From positions 89,764 to 139,908 of the forward strand of contig CAZSZB010000003.1 in assembly GCA_964611205.1 (NCBI GenBank): 50,145 bases of DNA, given 5' to 3'. Numbering within the stretch: position 1 is the first letter of the stretch; each line of letters starts with the position of its first letter. This DNA comes from an uncultured Candidatus Saccharibacteria bacterium. Its GTDB lineage: Bacteria; Patescibacteriota; Minisyncoccia; Phycocordibacterales; UBA918. The notes under the pieces were generated by a model. The model was not told where the DNA came from, searched no databases, and saw nothing but the letters and a program-made list of their open reading frames with translations. The position numbers and the translations under genes were made by a program. This document shows, one piece after another, positions 1 to 9,443 of the stretch.

Positions 1-8
1 ATTAAAAC

Positions 9-1700
9 ATGACAAATCGTACAGAACCATGGTACTGGCTAAATGAAAATAGTCGTGCTTTCTTAGAAAGAGGTTACACCCTAAAGGATCAGTCTCCAGA
101 AGAAAGGGTTCGTCAGATAGCGGACTTTGCTGAGAAGCTTTTAGGAGAGGAAGGTTACGCAGATAAACTCTACGACTATATGTCTCGGGGATGGATATCA
201 TTGTCCACGCCAGTTTGGGCGAACTTTGGTTTATCACGCGGATTGCCGATTAGCTGCTTCGGTTCATATATGTCTGATGATATGTCCAGTATTTTGTATA
301 CTCACGCCGAAACCGGCATGATGAGCAAGTATGGTGGTGGGACATCCGGTTATTTCGGGGCTTTGCGACCGCGGGGAGCTGAGATTACTAATAACGGAAC
401 TTCTAATGGTCCAGTGCATTTTATGCAAATGTTCGAGACACTTATTCAGGTAGTTTCGCAAGGTAAAGTTCGACGCGGATCATTCGCACCATACTTACCG
501 CTAGAACATCCAGATATTGAAGACTTCCTAGAGATTGGTACGGAAGGTAACCAGATCCAAAACATGACCCATGGAGTGACTGTCGGCGATGACTGGTTGC
601 AGTCAATGATAGATGGTGATGATAAGAAACGAGCAATTTGGGCTAAGGTTATTCAGCGTCGTGGTGAGATGGGTTACCCTTACGTTTTGTTCAGTGATAA
701 TGCCAACAATAACACCGTTGATGTTTATAAAGATAAGAAGCTAAAAATTTACGCTTCGAATCTTTGCTCTGAGATTATGCTCCCCTCCAAAGAGGACTGG
801 TCATTTGTTTGTTGTTTGTCATCTTTGAATTTATTACATTACGATGAGTGGAAAGATACTGATTTGGTAGAAGTAATGATTAAGCTCTTAGATGCCGTAA
901 TGACAGATTTTTGTGACCGTTTAGAATCTTTGCGTGACTCTGAGGATGAGGCTGATAAGCAAGCTTTCTACTTTATGGAAAGAGCTTACAATTTTGCCAA
1001 GGAAAACCGAGCTTTAGGATTAGGAGTTCTAGGTTGGCACTCACTCTTACAAAGCAAGAAACTTCCTTTTGAAAGTATGGAAGCCGGCAAGTTAAATGTT
1101 GAGATTTGGAAAGGTATCAGAGAGAAAGCTGAAGCAGCTTCTCGAGCGTTGGCTGAAAAGTTTGGTGAACCAGCTATCCTGAAAGGGTATGGTCGTCGCA
1201 ATACCACTCTTTTGGCTGTAGCCCCAACTACTTCTTCGGCTTTTATTCTCGGTCAAGTGTCACAGTCTATAGAACCAGTGTGGAGTAACTGTTACGTGAA
1301 AGACGTTGCTAAACTAAAAGTTACCATCAAGAATCCATTCCTCTTAGAGCTTTTGGAAGAGAAAGGTAAGAATGATCGTGAGACTTGGAACAGCATTAGG
1401 GACTACGATGGCTCAGTCCAGCATTTAGATTTTCTCTCTGATGAAGAAAAAGATGTTTTCCGAACTTTTGCTGAGTTAGATCAAGCTGTGGTAATTGAGC
1501 AAGCAGCAGTTCGTCAACGTTATATTGATCAAGGACAATCTCTTAATATCATGGTTCCGCCGAGTGTGTCACCGAAAGAAATAAATGAATTATATTTATT
1601 AGCGTGGCGGAAGGGGGTAAAGGCTTTGTATTATCAACACAGTATGAATGCTGCTCAAGCTTTAACGCGACAAAAGATTTGTGTATCTTGTGAAGCTTAA
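9..1700 (+). CDS. nrdA: Ribonucleoside-diphosphate reductase class I alpha subunit (no N-terminal ATP cone)
   Basis: GLPISCF, SNLCSEI (radical-transfer Cys), VAPTTSS, DQGQSLN, LYYQ tyrosine pair, C-terminal CVSC redox pair; 563 aa. Confidence 0.95.
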   Translation: MTNRTEPWYWLNENSRAFLERGYTLKDQSPEERVRQIADFAEKLLGEEGYADKLYDYMSRGWISLSTPVWANFGLSRGLPISCFGSYMSDDMSSILYTHAETGMMSKYGGGTSGYFGALRPRGAEITNNGTSNGPVHFMQMFETLIQVVSQGKVRRGSFAPYLPLEHPDIEDFLEIGTEGNQIQNMTHGVTVGDDWLQSMIDGDDKKRAIWAKVIQRRGEMGYPYVLFSDNANNNTVDVYKDKKLKIYASNLCSEIMLPSKEDWSFVCCLSSLNLLHYDEWKDTDLVEVMIKLLDAVMTDFCDRLESLRDSEDEADKQAFYFMERAYNFAKENRALGLGVLGWHSLLQSKKLPFESMEAGKLNVEIWKGIREKAEAASRALAEKFGEPAILKGYGRRNTTLLAVAPTTSSAFILGQVSQSIEPVWSNCYVKDVAKLKVTIKNPFLLELLEEKGKNDRETWNSIRDYDGSVQHLDFLSDEEKDVFRTFAELDQAVVIEQAAVRQRYIDQGQSLNIMVPPSVSPKEINELYLLAWRKGVKALYYQHSMNAAQALTRQKICVSCEA

Positions 1701-1723
1701 TACTTAACTTAATTAAGAATTCT

Positions 1724-2110
1724 ATGGAACTTTCAAATGAAATGGTGGAAACCATAAAAAATGCAGAGCAACTAGCTATCGCCTCCAATGGTGAGGATGG
1801 AATAAATATAGCGCCTCTATCGTCAGTCCATACTGAAGATGGACTGATAATGCTCTATGATTTCTTTATGGATAAAACAGCTCAGAATGTTAAGCAAAAT
1901 CCAGAAGTTGCTTTGGCTGTCTGGATTGGTATGGCAGGTATACAAATAAAAGGAAAAGTAAGTTATCAAACAGAAGGAGATATATTTACTAGTCGAGAGG
2001 CTTGGGCAAAAGTAAAATTCCCTGACCGTATCTTGAAAGGAGTGTTGGTCCTAACTCCAGAGGTTGTCTATGATTTAACTCCTAGTAACGCAGGTGCTAG
2101 ATTAGCTTAG
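1724..2110 (+). CDS. Pyridoxamine 5'-phosphate oxidase-like FMN-binding split-barrel protein
   Basis: 128 aa; pattern AIAS..G.NIAP, DFFMDKTAQNVKQNPEVAL, GIQIKG typical of this fold. Confidence 0.75.
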   Translation: MELSNEMVETIKNAEQLAIASNGEDGINIAPLSSVHTEDGLIMLYDFFMDKTAQNVKQNPEVALAVWIGMAGIQIKGKVSYQTEGDIFTSREAWAKVKFPDRILKGVLVLTPEVVYDLTPSNAGARLA

Positions 2111-2127
2111 GTAATGAGAATAGGTTG

Positions 2128-2173
2128 TGCTGGTAATCAAAAACACCCTTCGGGGTGTTTTTGATTACCAGCA
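2128..2173. terminator. Perfect 21-bp hairpin with cUUCGg loop, probable (bidirectional) intrinsic terminator
   Basis: tgctggtaatcaaaaacaccc-ttcg-gggtgtttttgattaccagca. Confidence 0.7.
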
Positions 2174-2199
2174 GAGATTATTTTTGTTAGAATTAAAGG

Positions 2200-3120
2200 A
2201 TGCGTTTCGGCTATTTTATATCTTTGACAACGGTAGTTATCTTTACGGCCGGCTATTTTTATTTCTTGACCCTAGGTATTTGTCCTACTCCTTTACCATA
2301 CAGGGTTGGAGAGATAGATGAACGCTTCGATATTACAGAAGCTAAGGCAAAAGCAGTAGCTATTAGTGCTGAAGAGGTATGGGAGAAAACTCTTGGACGA
2401 GACTTATTTGTTTACGATGAAGCTGCAGACTTCACTATCAACTTTATTTTCGATGATAGGCAAGCTTTAACCGATGCCGAATCAAGTTTTAAAGATCGTT
2501 TAGATACAGTCGAGAATGTTAACCAGGGTATTATTGGAAAATATAACAGTCTAGTTTCTGAGTATGAAGAGCTGAAGACAGCTTATGAAGCTGACGTTGT
2601 TGCTTACGAAGGAAAACTAGATAGCTATAATCAAAAAGTACAACAATACAACGAAAATGGTGGTGCTCCGCCAAAGGAATACGAACAGTTGCAGCAAGAG
2701 AAAAGAGATCTAGATAAAGAACAGAGATCTCTAAACTCGATGGTTAAACGTCTTGAAAGCTTAGCGGCAGAGATTAATGATTTAAGTAACCAAGGTAACC
2801 AATTAATAGATACTTATAATAAGGGGGTAGATACTTACAATAAAGCCTTTGGTGAACCACGAGAATTTACACAGGGTGATTATCAAGGTAAGTTCATCAA
2901 TATCTATACATTTGTAAATGAAGCTGAATTACAATTAGTACTAGCTCACGAGCTGGGACATGCTTTGAGTCTCGGACACGTTGCTGGTCCAGAATCGATT
3001 ATGTATTATTTGATTGGGAAACAACCGACCCCTTTAGAACCATCGGAGGCCGATATTGCTGAATTTGTAGCAGTTTGTGAAGCACCCTGGTGGGTAACTT
3101 GGAAAAATTTGTTGTTTTGA
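2200..3120 (+). CDS. Membrane-anchored matrixin-family (M10-like) zinc metalloprotease with coiled-coil insert
   Basis: N-terminal TM helix, HELGHALSLGH zinc motif, SIM Met-turn, long heptad-rich central region. Confidence 0.8.
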   Translation: MRFGYFISLTTVVIFTAGYFYFLTLGICPTPLPYRVGEIDERFDITEAKAKAVAISAEEVWEKTLGRDLFVYDEAADFTINFIFDDRQALTDAESSFKDRLDTVENVNQGIIGKYNSLVSEYEELKTAYEADVVAYEGKLDSYNQKVQQYNENGGAPPKEYEQLQQEKRDLDKEQRSLNSMVKRLESLAAEINDLSNQGNQLIDTYNKGVDTYNKAFGEPREFTQGDYQGKFINIYTFVNEAELQLVLAHELGHALSLGHVAGPESIMYYLIGKQPTPLEPSEADIAEFVAVCEAPWWVTWKNLLF

Positions 3121-3168
3121 AATCGATTGATAAGTTATAATAAGAAAAATTAAATTAAATAAAATTAT

Positions 3169-3972
3169 ATGGAAACTCTATTTTCTTTTCGTTATATGCG
3201 AATATTAGTAGCTGTCCTCTTAGGGATGGTTATCTTGGCTGTTGCTGCGATAGCCGCGCAGGCCTTTAATCTGATAAAAGAAGACCCTTATCATGCCACT
3301 ATCAATGTCGAGGGGGTCTCCAAGGTAATGGTGGTGCCGGACATAGGAGTATTTACTTTTTCTGTTGAAACAGAAAATATGGAGGTGGCTAAAGCTCAAG
3401 AAGAGTCTGGAGAGAAGATTAATGCTATTATGGCTTTTCTAAAATCTGAGGGTAACGTGGAAGAGAAGGATATTAAAACCACTGGCTACAATACCTATCC
3501 TCGGTATGAATACGAGACTGCTAGATTGTGTATCCAAGGAGATTGTAATCGAGAGCGAGTACTCAAAGGGTATGTGGTGAGTCAATCCGTTGAGGTAAGA
3601 GTGCGAGATACTAAAAAAGCGGGCGAATTAATCGCTGGAGTGGGAAATCTGGGAGCTACGAATTTAAGTGGATTGTCCTTTACGATTGATGATTTAGAGG
3701 GTAAGAAAGAGGAAGCTAGACTGTTGGCTGTAGAGGATGCTCGAGAGAAAGCTAAGCGTTTGGCTAAGGAACTAGATGTTCGCTTGGGTGATATTGTTAG
3801 TTTCAATGATAACGACGGAGGTTATCCAAGACCAATGTACAACGAGAAGCAAGCATTGATGATGGATTCTGTCGTCGGGGGAGCAGTGGAAGAAATTTCT
3901 TATGCTCCTGAAATTTCGGTGGGTGAGAATGAGATTGTTGCTCGAGTAACCATTACTTATAAACTTAAATAA
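3169..3972 (+). CDS. SIMPL/DUF541 domain periplasmic protein
   Basis: N-terminal TM, TINVEG...VVPD, IKTTGY..YP.Y, AVEDAREKAKRLAKELDVRLG, V.ARVTITY. Confidence 0.85.
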   Translation: METLFSFRYMRILVAVLLGMVILAVAAIAAQAFNLIKEDPYHATINVEGVSKVMVVPDIGVFTFSVETENMEVAKAQEESGEKINAIMAFLKSEGNVEEKDIKTTGYNTYPRYEYETARLCIQGDCNRERVLKGYVVSQSVEVRVRDTKKAGELIAGVGNLGATNLSGLSFTIDDLEGKKEEARLLAVEDAREKAKRLAKELDVRLGDIVSFNDNDGGYPRPMYNEKQALMMDSVVGGAVEEISYAPEISVGENEIVARVTITYKLK

Positions 3973-3989
3973 GTAATAAAGGAAAAATG

Positions 3990-4025
3990 AAGCAAGCAGG
4001 CGGCCAATTGGCCGCCTGCTTGCTT
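3990..4025. terminator. 36-bp perfect palindrome followed by T-tract
   Basis: aagcaagcaggcggccaattggccgcctgcttgctt then tttt. Confidence 0.7.
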
Positions 4026-4166
4026 TTTTACCAAAGAGGAGTACAATTTGCACCAATAAAGACCACCCGCCAGGGTGTTTTTTAAATCCAAAAACAAACG
4101 AAACATACTAGTAGTAATATTGCATTGTTTTGTTTACAATAAGTTTAATTAAATTAATATTTTATT

Positions 4167-4352
4167 ATGAGTCGATTAAGTAATTATTTCCGCGATACTG
4201 TAGCTGAAATGAAGCATGTGTCATGGCCAACCAAACACCAAGCTTTGGTTTACACTATCTTGGTAGTAGTGATCTGTGCCTTTGTAGCAGTGTTTTTAGG
4301 GGCGTTTGACTTCGTTTTTACCACTCTACTAAACCAAGTTGTCGGTTTTTAA
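4167..4352 (+). CDS. secE: Preprotein translocase subunit SecE
   Basis: EMKHVSWPT motif, single TM, directly upstream of nusG. Confidence 0.93.
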   Translation: MSRLSNYFRDTVAEMKHVSWPTKHQALVYTILVVVICAFVAVFLGAFDFVFTTLLNQVVGF

Positions 4353-4364
4353 AGTAACAATATT

Positions 4365-4928
4365 ATGAGTGAAGAAAAAACAATCAACAAACAACAATCT
4401 GGCGGTGGCCGCAACTGGTATGCTATTCATACTTATTCTGGCTATGAGAACGCGGTAGCTCGTAACCTAAAGCAAAGAATTGAGTCTTTAAATATGCAAG
4501 ACCAGATATTTGACGTGGTCGTTCCAACTGAGAAGAAAATTCGTGTTAAAGGAGGTAAGCGAGTAACAGAGGAAGAGCGTATATATCCTGGATATGTATT
4601 GGTAGATATGATCGTGAACGATGAGAGTTGGTATGTAGTTCGTAATACCCCACGGGTAACTGGTTTTGTTGGTAGTGGTACTCAGCCAGTACCATTGTCA
4701 GAAAGTGAGTACAAAGCACTAATGAGAATTATGGAAGACGAAACTCCAAAACATAAAGTTGATTTGGTAGTTGGAGATTTGGTTATTATAAACGACGGGC
4801 CTTTTAAGGAGTTAGAAGGTAAGGTTGGGGAAGTCGATGAAGCTAGTGGAAAGGTAAAAGTTTTAGTTTCTATGTTTGGTCGTGAGACACCAGTAGAATT
4901 AGACTTTTTACAAATTAAAAAAATATAA
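4365..4928 (+). CDS. nusG: Transcription termination/antitermination factor NusG
   Basis: WYAIHTYSGYE, YPGYVLV, VRNTPRVTGFVG, KOW domain, MFGRETPVELDF. Confidence 0.97.
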   Translation: MSEEKTINKQQSGGGRNWYAIHTYSGYENAVARNLKQRIESLNMQDQIFDVVVPTEKKIRVKGGKRVTEEERIYPGYVLVDMIVNDESWYVVRNTPRVTGFVGSGTQPVPLSESEYKALMRIMEDETPKHKVDLVVGDLVIINDGPFKELEGKVGEVDEASGKVKVLVSMFGRETPVELDFLQIKKI

Positions 4929-4944
4929 ATCTTTATATAAGGTT

Positions 4945-4978
4945 TAAGAAAAAAGACCCTACTGGGTCTTTTTTCTTA
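4945..4978. terminator. Intrinsic terminator after nusG
   Basis: taagaaaaaagaccc-tact-gggtcttttttctta. Confidence 0.8.
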
Positions 4979-5018
4979 TCCTTCTTAAAGTGACTTAGGT
5001 TTTCAACTTTAGTATCTT

Positions 5019-5414
5019 ATGAGTTTGCGTTATAGTATCGCCGGGTTTGTTCTATGTGGAAAATACTGTGTTGTCCTATGTCGTAGAAAAAAGGAGGTAA
5101 GGTTGGTTGCTTACAGAGAAGTAAAGAGAATGCTCAAGACTGGCCAAAGTGAAGTAACTATCATAAGTGGTCCAGATAAGTCAGGTCTGCAGAGGGGTCT
5201 GTTTTCCGGCACGATAGTGACTTTCGTCTTGGGAGATGATTGTCATTCGCAAATCACTGCCAAACTTCGCAGCATTAGTTGCCATGACGATAATCTCCAA
5301 AGCTGGACAGTTATTGGAAAAATCGTCGAAGGTGATTATTCAGGCAGTAATTTTGAAGCTGACCTCCGAATAACTCTAGAAGATGGTGTGTGTGGCAGAT
5401 TCAGACATCTGTAA
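5019..5414 (+). CDS. Hypothetical protein (orphan-like; start uncertain)
   Basis: 131-aa ORF fills the nusG-rplK gap and is followed by a GC hairpin (5443-5468); no recognised motif. Confidence 0.5.
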   Translation: MSLRYSIAGFVLCGKYCVVLCRRKKEVRLVAYREVKRMLKTGQSEVTIISGPDKSGLQRGLFSGTIVTFVLGDDCHSQITAKLRSISCHDDNLQSWTVIGKIVEGDYSGSNFEADLRITLEDGVCGRFRHL

Positions 5415-5602
5415 CCAGCAGATAATGGTGGACAAGCGGGCGGCGTCCGGGTTTTTAACCCGGGCGTTTTCATATTTTATTAATAATTAGATATTCTCTT
5501 GCCAAAATCACTATTATTAGGTACTCTAGCGGGGCTTCTATTGAAATTGACTGTCTATGGAACGGTTGATTTGACTAATAAATTTAAAGTAAAAATTAAA
5601 AC

Positions 5603-6025
5603 ATGGCAAAAGCTATATTGAAGAAAATTAAAGTTCAGGCTATTGGAGGTAAAGCAACTCCAGCTCCACCTTTGGGACCAGTACTAGGTCAGGCAGGAGT
5701 TAATATCGGTGAATTTGTTAACCAATTCAACGAGCAAACTCGTGAGCGAATGGGTGAGGTAGTACCAACAGTTATTACTGTTTACGATGATCGCTCTTTT
5801 ACATTTGAGTGTAAAACTACACCAGCTGCTCGAATGATTTTGAAAGCTATTGGTAAAGATAAGGGTTCAGCTAAGCCAAGTGTTTCTAAAGCGGGAGAAA
5901 TTACTAAAGCTCAAATTCGCGAGATTTCTGAGGCTAAAATGGCAGACTTAAATGCTACGACTCTAGAACAAGCCGATAGGATTATCGAAGGAACCGCCCG
6001 CAGCATGGGTATAGAAGTAGTCTAA
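5603..6025 (+). CDS. rplK: 50S ribosomal protein L11
   Basis: [31 protein letters not shown]. Confidence 0.97.
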   Translation: MAKAILKKIKVQAIGGKATPAPPLGPVLGQAGVNIGEFVNQFNEQTRERMGEVVPTVITVYDDRSFTFECKTTPAARMILKAIGKDKGSAKPSVSKAGEITKAQIREISEAKMADLNATTLEQADRIIEGTARSMGIEVV

Positions 6026-6225
6026 ACTACTTCTATAAAGCTTTTGTGATATATTCTGAGCTTAGCGAAAGAATATATCCAAAAGGTGTACAGTCCCTGT
6101 AAGGGATTGAAGTAGTCTAAACTACTTCTATAAAGCTTTTGTGATATATTCTGAGCTTAGCGAAAGAATATATCCAAAAGGTGTACAGTCCCTGTAAGGG
6201 ATCGAAGTGGTTTAAACCACTTCGA
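6014..6225. repeat. Two identical 94-bp hairpin-rich units (period 95) plus a variant third head
   Basis: 6014-6107 = 6109-6202; third head tcgaagtggtttaaaccacttcga (6202-6225) is a perfect palindrome. Confidence 0.92.
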
Positions 6226-6285
6226 TGAAGGTTACCTAAGATTTTAAAGAATGAAGTAGCGACTCTAAATTCTGAGAAAGTGAGC

Positions 6286-6325
6286 TAAATAAAAATACTC
6301 CAGTTGACTGGAGTATTTTTATTTA
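6286..6325. terminator. Hairpin terminator at the folA 3' end
   Basis: taaataaaaatactccag-ttga-ctggagtatttttattta, overlaps the folA stop. Confidence 0.7.
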
Positions 6326-6858
6326 CGTTCATAATCTACCCACTGATATTTCAACCCATTACATTCTTGAGGAGGATGTTCTTTCACTTTTACAAAGTCG
6401 TTTTCAAACGCAGGGAAGTGTGTATCACCCTCTTTGTCATCAAAATAATAAGTAAGATAAAGTTTGTTTGTGTATGGCAGCATTTGTTCATAAATATTTT
6501 GACCACCGCCAATATGAATTTCAGTTGGTTTTTCTACTTCTGCGAGCCTAATAGCTTCAGCTAAGTTATTAGCAACTTTGACATCTTCAAAATAGAAATC
6601 AGGATCACTTGTTACTACTATATTAGTTCTTGCAGGTAGCGGTTTACCTAAAATATCTACAATAGATGAAAAAGTTTTACGACCCATAATGACCGGGTGA
6701 CCGATAGTAAGAGATTTGAATCTTTTCAAGTCTTCTGGTACGTGCCAGAGTAGTTTATTAGCTCTACCGATAGCTTTATTTCTGTATCCCATAGCAGCGA
6801 CTATCACAATTGGGACGTTTGTTTCAGGTATTTCTAGCATATTCTGATTATGACACAA
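6319..6858 (-). CDS. folA: Dihydrofolate reductase (true start probably 6840, MLEIP)
   Basis: AIGRANKLLWHVPEDLKRFK, VIMGRKT, KPLPARTNIVVT, IGGG.NIY, EGDTHFP. Confidence 0.95.
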   Translation of the reverse strand: MCHNQNMLEIPETNVPIVIVAAMGYRNKAIGRANKLLWHVPEDLKRFKSLTIGHPVIMGRKTFSSIVDILGKPLPARTNIVVTSDPDFYFEDVKVANNLAEAIRLAEVEKPTEIHIGGGQNIYEQMLPYTNKLYLTYYFDDKEGDTHFPAFENDFVKVKEHPPQECNGLKYQWVDYERK

Positions 6859-6933
6859 ACTTACATAGGAGTCATTTTTGCTGTCTTTGCGATGAAGGTT
6901 ATAATAGATAAGCTTATTAAATTATTTCTTATT

Positions 6934-7608
6934 ATGGCACATTACGAAGTTGAAATTAAAAGTCTTTTAGGTGATAAAGAAAAAGCCATCAACCTAAAGT
7001 CCAAGATGTGTGAGATAGATCCGACTTGCGCTTGTGTGTCTACTAACAAGCAACTCAATCACTATTTCCACGCAGGAGATGTGGCCGTTCTTTACCAAAA
7101 AACCGAACACTTATTTACGGCTACAGAAAAAACGAATTTCAAAAAACTTATTGAGAAAGGTAATGATTTTTCTGTCCGTACTAGGCAAAAAGATGACGAG
7201 GTTCTTTTAGTAGTTAAGGCGTCAATGGACGACGGTACCAGTGAAAACACCGTTAAACGAATGGAGTTTGAAGAACCAGTGGACATAAGTTTATATGAGT
7301 TAGATGCTTTAGTTCTGGAAGCCGGCTATCAGTATCAGGCTAAATGGTCACGCGAACGCGAAGAGTATACTTATAAGGGAGCAAATGTTTGTTTTGATAG
7401 AAATGCTGGCTATGGTTATTTAGCTGAGTTTGAAAAAATTGTCGAAGACGAAAAATTGATTGATGACGCTCGTAATGAAATCGAAGAGATGATGAACGAA
7501 CTCGGGGTAGATGAGTTGTCACAAGAACGGCTAGCCCGGATGTTTGATTTTTATAATCAAAATTGGCCTGATTATTATGGCACCGATAAAACTTTTATTA
7601 TTGATTAA
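6934..7608 (+). CDS. CYTH/triphosphate-tunnel metalloenzyme family protein (start reassigned to ATG 6934)
   Basis: N-terminal YEVEIK (ExExK), VRTR, LVVK, KRMEFE, KWSREREEY, GYLAEFE. Confidence 0.78.
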   Translation: MAHYEVEIKSLLGDKEKAINLKSKMCEIDPTCACVSTNKQLNHYFHAGDVAVLYQKTEHLFTATEKTNFKKLIEKGNDFSVRTRQKDDEVLLVVKASMDDGTSENTVKRMEFEEPVDISLYELDALVLEAGYQYQAKWSREREEYTYKGANVCFDRNAGYGYLAEFEKIVEDEKLIDDARNEIEEMMNELGVDELSQERLARMFDFYNQNWPDYYGTDKTFIID

Positions 7609-7620
7609 TTATTTTAAAAT

Positions 7621-8214
7621 ATGTTTCTTTCTGATATAGATATTCACGCAGCAGTTAAAAATGGTGAAATTACCCTAGAACCGTTTGATACCAAACGTTT
7701 ACAGCCAGCTACTTATGATATTCGTTTAGGTAATTCTTTTATTATTAATGACGCACATTCCACTAAAGCCATCGATCCAGTAAAAGGTATTTTTCCTAAC
7801 ACTCAGACTCTTCATATAGATGACGGAGAGGAGTTTGTGCTACATCCAGGAGTTAGTATTCTTGGTTATTCCAAAGAAAGGTTTGGTTCCGATAGTTATT
7901 TAATAGAGGTTAATGGTAAATCATCGCTCGCTCGTATTGGTCTTATTGTCCATAACTCAGCCAGTATCGTTAATCCTGGTCATTATCTCAATATTGCTCT
8001 GGAATTATGTAATCTTAACAATGTCCCGATTGTGCTCAGACCTGGTATGGAGATAGCACAACTAACATTCTCTACTCTTTCTTCACACACTAAAAAAAGT
8101 TACAAACAAACAGGACGTTATCATCAGAATAACTTCCTTGGTTATGTACCTCCGAAGACCGGACCATTAGCTAAGAAAAAAGTAGCGAAGAAAAAGGCGG
8201 TAAGGAAGAAATAG
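7621..8214 (+). CDS. dcd: dCTP deaminase
   Basis: MFLSD.DI, LQPATYDIRLG, GKSSLARIGL, NPG, LELCN, PGMEIAQL, GRY. Confidence 0.92.
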   Translation: MFLSDIDIHAAVKNGEITLEPFDTKRLQPATYDIRLGNSFIINDAHSTKAIDPVKGIFPNTQTLHIDDGEEFVLHPGVSILGYSKERFGSDSYLIEVNGKSSLARIGLIVHNSASIVNPGHYLNIALELCNLNNVPIVLRPGMEIAQLTFSTLSSHTKKSYKQTGRYHQNNFLGYVPPKTGPLAKKKVAKKKAVRKK

Positions 8215-8335
8215 TCAAAGTCTAGTCCTGCCAATTTAGAAAGCAGGAGCTAGTTGAGGATTTTGTCACAGTTTATAAACCAGAATTACGAGCACCACTC
8301 ACAAATCTATTACGAATTATAATTATCATAAAAAT

Positions 8336-9352
8336 ATGTCAGAGAAAAAACACCCAGAGTACCAATATTTAGATTTGTGTCAGGATATCTTAGATAATGG
8401 AGCTGACAAAGAACTCTTTTTTAACGACGTTGTCTTAGAGGAATATAAAAAAAGAGGTGAGACGGTACCCTTCATCCGCTCTGTTTTTGGTCGTCAAATT
8501 CGTTTCGATTTGTCTGCTGGATTTCCGCTTTTGACTACGAAAAAAACATTTTGGCGAGGAATCACGACTGAGCTACTGTGGTTTCTATCCGGTAGTTCAA
8601 ATATAAAGCCTTTGATTGATCAAAATAATCATATTTGGGATGAGTGGGCCTGGAAAATGTACCATATGTGGGCGTTGGATAATGCTCCAGAAGAAGATAT
8701 GACTCAGGAAGAGTTTGTGGCAAAACTTTCAGAGTTACCAGAAGACGATCCTTTCGTTCAAAAATGGGGTAATCTGATTACTATTTATGGTCGCATGTGG
8801 CGGCGTTGGCCAGCCAAAGATGGACGTGAGATTGACCAGCTGGCTTGGGTTATTGAAGGTTTAAAAACCAATCCACATCGTAAGTCTTATGTCGTTAACG
8901 CTTGGAACCCAGATTTTATTTACGCCATGGCTTCCGAAGGACAAAAGTCACAAGTCCCACCATTTTGTCATACGATGTTTCAGTTCCAGGTCGCCGGCGG
9001 TAAATTAAATTTAGGTCTTTACCAACGTAGTGCTGATTTGTTCTTGGGGGTGCCGTTCAATATTGCTAGCTATGCTTTGCTGCTAGAGATGGTCTCACAG
9101 GTGGTAGATATTCCAGCTGGCGAATTTGTACATTCTTTTGGTGATGTACATATTTACTCTAATCATTTTGATCAAGTTAAAGAACAGCTAAAGCGAGAAC
9201 CGTTACCGTTTCCGAAGTTAAAATTGAATCCTGAGATTAAAGCAATAGATGATTTTACTTTAGAAGATATTACTTTAGAGGATTACGAATCACACCCTTC
9301 ACTTAAAGCCGAGATTGCCAATATTGGTGGTTTTGAAGAAAAAAAGAAATAA
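8336..9352 (+). CDS. thyA: Thymidylate synthase
   Basis: FPLLTTKK, ELLWFL, IWDEWA, YGRMWR, NAWNP, PPFCH, YQRSADLFLGVPFNIASY, GDVHIY.NH. Confidence 0.96.
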   Translation: MSEKKHPEYQYLDLCQDILDNGADKELFFNDVVLEEYKKRGETVPFIRSVFGRQIRFDLSAGFPLLTTKKTFWRGITTELLWFLSGSSNIKPLIDQNNHIWDEWAWKMYHMWALDNAPEEDMTQEEFVAKLSELPEDDPFVQKWGNLITIYGRMWRRWPAKDGREIDQLAWVIEGLKTNPHRKSYVVNAWNPDFIYAMASEGQKSQVPPFCHTMFQFQVAGGKLNLGLYQRSADLFLGVPFNIASYALLLEMVSQVVDIPAGEFVHSFGDVHIYSNHFDQVKEQLKREPLPFPKLKLNPEIKAIDDFTLEDITLEDYESHPSLKAEIANIGGFEEKKK

Positions 9353-9443
9353 ATAACAACATGCTACAATTAGAAAAATATAATTTTATTATGATCTAAC
9401 TTTCTCCCAAAACTATTTTATTAGGTTTTTAATTGTTTTAAAC

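Noticed and set aside
6014-6225. CRISPR-like pattern (three palindromic 20-mers about 75 nt apart)
   Set aside because: The two 'spacers' are identical, the first repeat is the rplK coding end and no cas genes are present; it is a tandem duplication
6850-6933. N-terminal 28 codons of the 252-aa ORF
   Set aside because: Overlaps the divergent folA start and promoter region; the CYTH ExExK motif sits right after ATG 6934
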